Shown one piece after another: positions 59,901-64,000 of a stretch of DNA of 64,000 nt; the stretch's first letter is position 1, and every line of letters begins with the position of its first letter. The position numbers were made by a program, and so were the translations under genes. A model generated the notes under the pieces. It did not search any database. It saw only the letters and a list, made by a program, of their open reading frames with translations, and had not been told where the DNA came from. Source of the DNA: Zygnema circumcarinatum SAG 698-1b (lineage: Eukaryota; Plantae; Zygnematophyceae); contig CM074807.1 of NCBI GenBank assembly GCA_037447605.1, positions 2,114,674 through 2,178,673 of the forward strand, given 5' to 3'.

Positions 59901-62804
59901 TAAATGGATAGTTCACGGCTTTTCTCTTCCCTATCGACAATATTCACATTGTTTCGTGTTTTTTTCTTTTTTAGTTCCTATAAATGAACCATCTACGTGA
60001 AGAACCCATGTGAATGGCTGAGAATAGTACATGCAGCCAACCTTCAATTAGCACAAAGTTGGCAGATGAGAGGCTTAGCGCCCTCTGACATTCCCATGCA
60101 ATTTCTACGACTTCCCGTCACTTCTGCAAGAAGCTTAACTGAATTGCTGCGACCTCTGCCCAGCACTTTGCTGAACACAAGAGACAAGTGGATGAAGAGG
60201 TGTTGCAGAATTTGCCACTCTTGTGCAACACCCTATCTTCCGTACATTCAAAAGGTGTAAGTTGCCCCGCTAGGCAATCCTCATACTCACTGTCTAAATT
60301 GGGCATTGCGTCCTTTATGATGCCGACAGCCACCAGGGCTGCCCGACCAAACGAATAAAATTCCTTCTCCTTCTCCTCCTCCTTCATGCTTGGAGGCAGC
60401 ACAATTGGTCGCCCCTGCATCCATGCAGCAGTCCACTCATTAAGTAGCAGCAATGGCCAAGCGTACAACGAGGAAGATGGATCATGACGTGTAGGAGCAA
60501 GCGAGACATAGAAAATATAAGGGACGAAGAAGCGAGACAAGAGATCAGTAGTGAGGCCACGCTCCTCAATAGAATTTTACTCCTCCGCTCCGTATTAAAA
60601 AATAAGCAAATCCGCAATACAAGAATAATAGAAAGGGTTTTTAGGAGCTGACAAGCCAACAGACATGCCCAAATAGGATCTATTTCAACCTCAACACCTG
60701 TTGAAGCCGCACTCGCCAGAAAGTTGAGGTTCACATGCACGAAGGGGCCTGCAAGGGCAAAAATGGGCTTGCAGAATGTAGTCCACACCTGTTCCATTAT
60801 GGCCTTGTACATAATTGCAAGTGCTTGCTTGCCCCATACGCTGTCATAATTATACTCACTCAACGAGGGTCCTGCCCTGCGTCCATACGAGCCGCACTCA
60901 GTCTTAGAACCAACAGACTGACTTCCATGCCGAGTTTCCTGCCCTTTCAAAGAAGAATCGTTCTATTTAACTCTCAACTACCCAAACCTTCCTCCCAACA
61001 CTGTGATCGCATTCAAAGTGCACTCAAAATGCAGCTATGCATTCGGCAGTCACTGGAACGATGTGAACAGGGACTTCAGTTGGCTGATGGTCCTACAACA
61101 TCAAGGTGCCCCTTTTGATGATTTCGGTTGAGAGCATCCAAATTTCCTAATAGCAATGGCGTTGTTCCCTATTGGTTTCGCTGTGACGGCAAGCACTCAC
61201 CTACGGTCCCCTTGCGTTAAGGCCCCTAACGACTCCAACCTCTTCGCAACAATGGAGGCAAACCTCTTCTCTCCCCCCAGGTTTGTAAAGAGCAGCCTGC
61301 AAACAACAATAGAGTTCCTCAGGAAGCCATGTAGAATGCCACCGTACAAAACACCGGCATGTTACTCTCATGCGGCCGATACTCCAAGAGACAGTCAATT
61401 GCATTCAATTTTGAAAATTGACTTCACTTAGATGGTTCAAAGAAGATTGCTTATGGCACTCGACGGCGTTTGCTGACAGACGCATAAAGAGGGCTATAGT
61501 CATTGCAGTGCCAAAAAGTTGCAGTTGAGGTAAGGGAGAGCAGGCAGACCGGTACTGAGGGGCAGTAGCCTGATTGGAGCGATGCGTGCGTCCGAACTGC
61601 TGAATGGCCTTGTCAGCACTCCACGGCAGCTCTAATGTCAAGTGTAGCCGCCGCCGCTGCTCCGTGAAAAGCCCCATTTCAACAAAGTAATTCTTCCAAT
61701 GGTCTGGCAAGAATCTTCAGAACAAATGAATTAAGCCTAGAAGTGCTCTTTACAGATTTACAGCTTTGCGTGGAAATAAAGATGATAAAGACACGGAAGG
61801 GAAATTGGAAGACGTGCTCGGCCAATCCCGACGAGCAGATGCAGATGCAACTTCAACAGAGGTCATAGTTTGAAGTGGATTGAAGCAGAAGCTGACCTGG
61901 TTTGCAACCCTCCTGTCAGCTTGGAGGGAGATGCCCGCCGATGCTGCCTCGGAGATAATGGCGACTAATTTCGCCCCGTCCATGAACAATTGTTTCTCAT
62001 GCATGTTTATCATCTCCTGTGAAACATCCTTCCTGCATCCAAACCGGCATTCGAAATCTCCCCCTTAAGTCACCCGAGGAACGACCTAGAACAATGATAG
62101 AACTATAGAAGTCCTGCAGAACAACTCAGCTGATTACAGCAAACCTAAGGGACAAAGGTGGCCATCCAAAAGCGTAGAGCGGAACACCCACGAGTTTCTC
62201 GCTTGGTATTGGACCCCCTTCCCATTGGCAGATCTGACCAGCATGCCTTTGCGTCCGGTCATCTCAGCAACCATCTCGGGGCCCCCCAACTGTTCCACCC
62301 CCAGGCAGAGTAGTGACCAAGTTAACAGGGAAAAGAGACAGAAAGAAAATTGCTTTTTCTAACTACAGCCCTGATGAGCAGCAACCTTGGAATTGCATTA
62401 GCCTTAGTTGGGGATCTGCTCCGTCAGACGGATTATCATCATATGCAAACAACGTAGACGAGCCACAGAGTACAAATGCTTGCCGTACGGTTGGATTGGA
62501 CACAGAGTCAAACAGTGCGGTAAAGTTGTGGTGCGCAATGCCACGATCAGAAATGAAATTTCAAATGTGAAAGCATGTTTCCATTTTGCAATACCAAATA
62601 AAGTTAGACAGAGGCACATGACCTACAACGTTGTGACTGACATTATTATGGTTTGCTTAATGTTACACATTGTCAGCCCTAAGTGAGTTTCTTCAAATTA
62701 TTTTGCGTGCCTGATCAATGAGGTCGTCCAAAGGATTATTGGGCAGATTTAAACTTCTGATGGATCTGAGCAGCTCCTCCTTCCTTTCTGAAAACATTTG
62801 AAAT
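56963..62804 (-). CDS. FGT1: Strawberry notch / FORGETTER1 homolog, 3' portion (5' exons lie upstream of 62804, probably beyond the gap)
   Basis: [124 protein letters not shown]....C.VGRR, RLRVVR. Confidence 0.95.
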
Positions 62805-63187
62805 CTGCAAAAGAGGACATGAGGTGTGAACAGGAAAGGTCAGCTCCCTTCGCCTTCAGTCAATTTGAAAGGTTTGAGCATACAGACACGACATATACAA
62901 CCATAACCTCACTCGGCCTTACGCCCTCTATTCTTAGGAACTGCCGGGGACTACAGAGGAGTAAATAATCTCATAGGCTCGACATCCTTCAGCCATTAAA
63001 AAGGAGAACTAGTAGCAGTTTCTACTTCAACAGGTGTGCGCGTCGAATCGGAACTTTGCCAAAGTCCAAAAGCTATCGAAAAATTAGTTTCTGAAAAACC
63101 ACCCAACGATCAATTCTCCCCTGAAGCTACACCACAGTCCCTTGGAGCAGCCCTTCCACTTCCAGCCACCCTTGCCTCCCGGCCCTC

Positions 63188-63457
63188 ATTCTATTTCTTT
63201 TGGGTATTTGGGGTATCTTCTTAAATCGTAAAAATATTCTCATAATGCTAATGTCTATTGAATTAATGCTGTTAGCTGTTAACATGAATTTTTTAGTGTT
63301 TTCGGTGTATTTAGACGATATGATTGGTCAAGTGTTTTCTTTATTTATTTTGACAGTAGCTGCGGCTGAATCCGCTATTGGCTTAGCTATTTTAGTAATT
63401 ACATTTAGAATACGCGGTTCGATTGCCGTTGAATTTATCAATTGTATGAAAGGTTAA
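63188..63457 (+). pseudogene. nad4L: Mitochondrial nad4L fragment (NUMT), 5'-truncated, frame intact
   Basis: [91 protein letters not shown]-rich organellar codon usage, no introns, lacks roughly the first dozen codons. Confidence 0.92.
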
Positions 63458-63989
63458 GTTTCTCGGTGTTTTGAGTTTGTATTTGTTTGTGTTGTTGAAA
63501 GTAGCGTGCTTGGTCTCAGAACACTCAAGCTACATCGCCGCTCCCGAAGCTCACGGTGAAACAAGCGAACGCAGTGAGCGCCGCGCGAGCCAGTTTGCTT
63601 GTTCCACCCTTCTTGTCATGGCAGAGCCTGCGAGCTTGCTTCATGCGTCGCTCGCTTTGTTCGCCGCCTGCAAGCGACTCTTGCAAAAACCCAGCCTAAG
63701 GCCCATTACTGCGGTGTAATTGCTGTACACTGGCGTACTTTTACCGCGTAAGCGGGCAAATTACAATTCGTTAGGTGCTTCTCTTACGAGCCTCTTCTGA
63801 GACATCCTTTTTGTCTAGGTTGTCAACTATTTTGCGGATGTTACGTGGCAGCAAAACATAAGGCAATTCCTGTAGAAGTTCGAACATTTAGACAAGGAAC
63901 GCGTGTTCTAGCATGTGGACATCTTGAAATCAATGTTGAATGATACAGAAGGCTTTTGTGAATTGTTTCCAGGAAGCTAACCGCGTTTT

Positions 63990-63999
63990 NNNNNNNNNN
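63990..63999. other. Assembly gap (Ns)
   Basis: Run of 10 N. Confidence 1.
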
Positions 64000-64000
64000 T

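Noticed and set aside
63188-63457. nad4L as a functional nuclear-transferred gene
   Set aside because: No start codon, targeting peptide or codon adaptation, and it is antisense within another gene's locus.
1-64000. CRISPR arrays, tRNA/rRNA genes, prokaryotic operons or a viral RdRP
   Set aside because: None seen. The RdRP is a spliced cellular DLDGD-type enzyme, and the neighbouring genes show no pathway clustering.

Overview
Eukaryotic nuclear DNA: gene-dense, intron-rich, with GC-rich islands at gene starts. Gene content points to a streptophyte green alga, most likely Klebsormidium-like (inference). Evidence for that is the plant-type ATG14 tail, an NHL/LEA_2 gene, a U12 intron and a green-algal-type rhodanese. 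I could splice-model 16 nuclear genes by eye: a small LEA-like hydrophilin, an RRM-containing RDR-alpha (DLDGD) RNA-dependent RNA polymerase, uricase, 2H cyclic phosphodiesterase, an MPPE1-like phosphoesterase, a group-3 LEA protein with a long hydrophobic tail, a rhodanese, chloroplast glutamyl endopeptidase, glutathionyl-hydroquinone reductase, NHL/LEA_2, EMC6, TL15, RPB11, an uncharacterised protein, ATG14, and the 3' part of Strawberry notch/FORGETTER1. Twelve of these sit in head-to-head pairs. Non-genic highlights: (1) a Harbinger transposase relic with a nested 78-bp MITE in the RDR promoter; (2) a hAT-type MITE with an 8-bp TSD next to a phased GTAC array; (3) a three-copy ~80-bp dispersed repeat; (4) dense G-box/ABRE arrays upstream of both LEA genes; (5) a 2-kb polypurine tract and a U12-type intron in EMC6; (6) four inferred GC-AG introns; (7) an in-frame mitochondrial nad4L fragment (NUMT) next to an assembly gap. 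No tRNA, rRNA or CRISPR array was seen. I found no single clearly new multi-gene system. The best novelty candidate is the ABRE-flanked LEA protein with a hairpin-like membrane/lipid anchor. Family calls come from motif recognition, not database searches.
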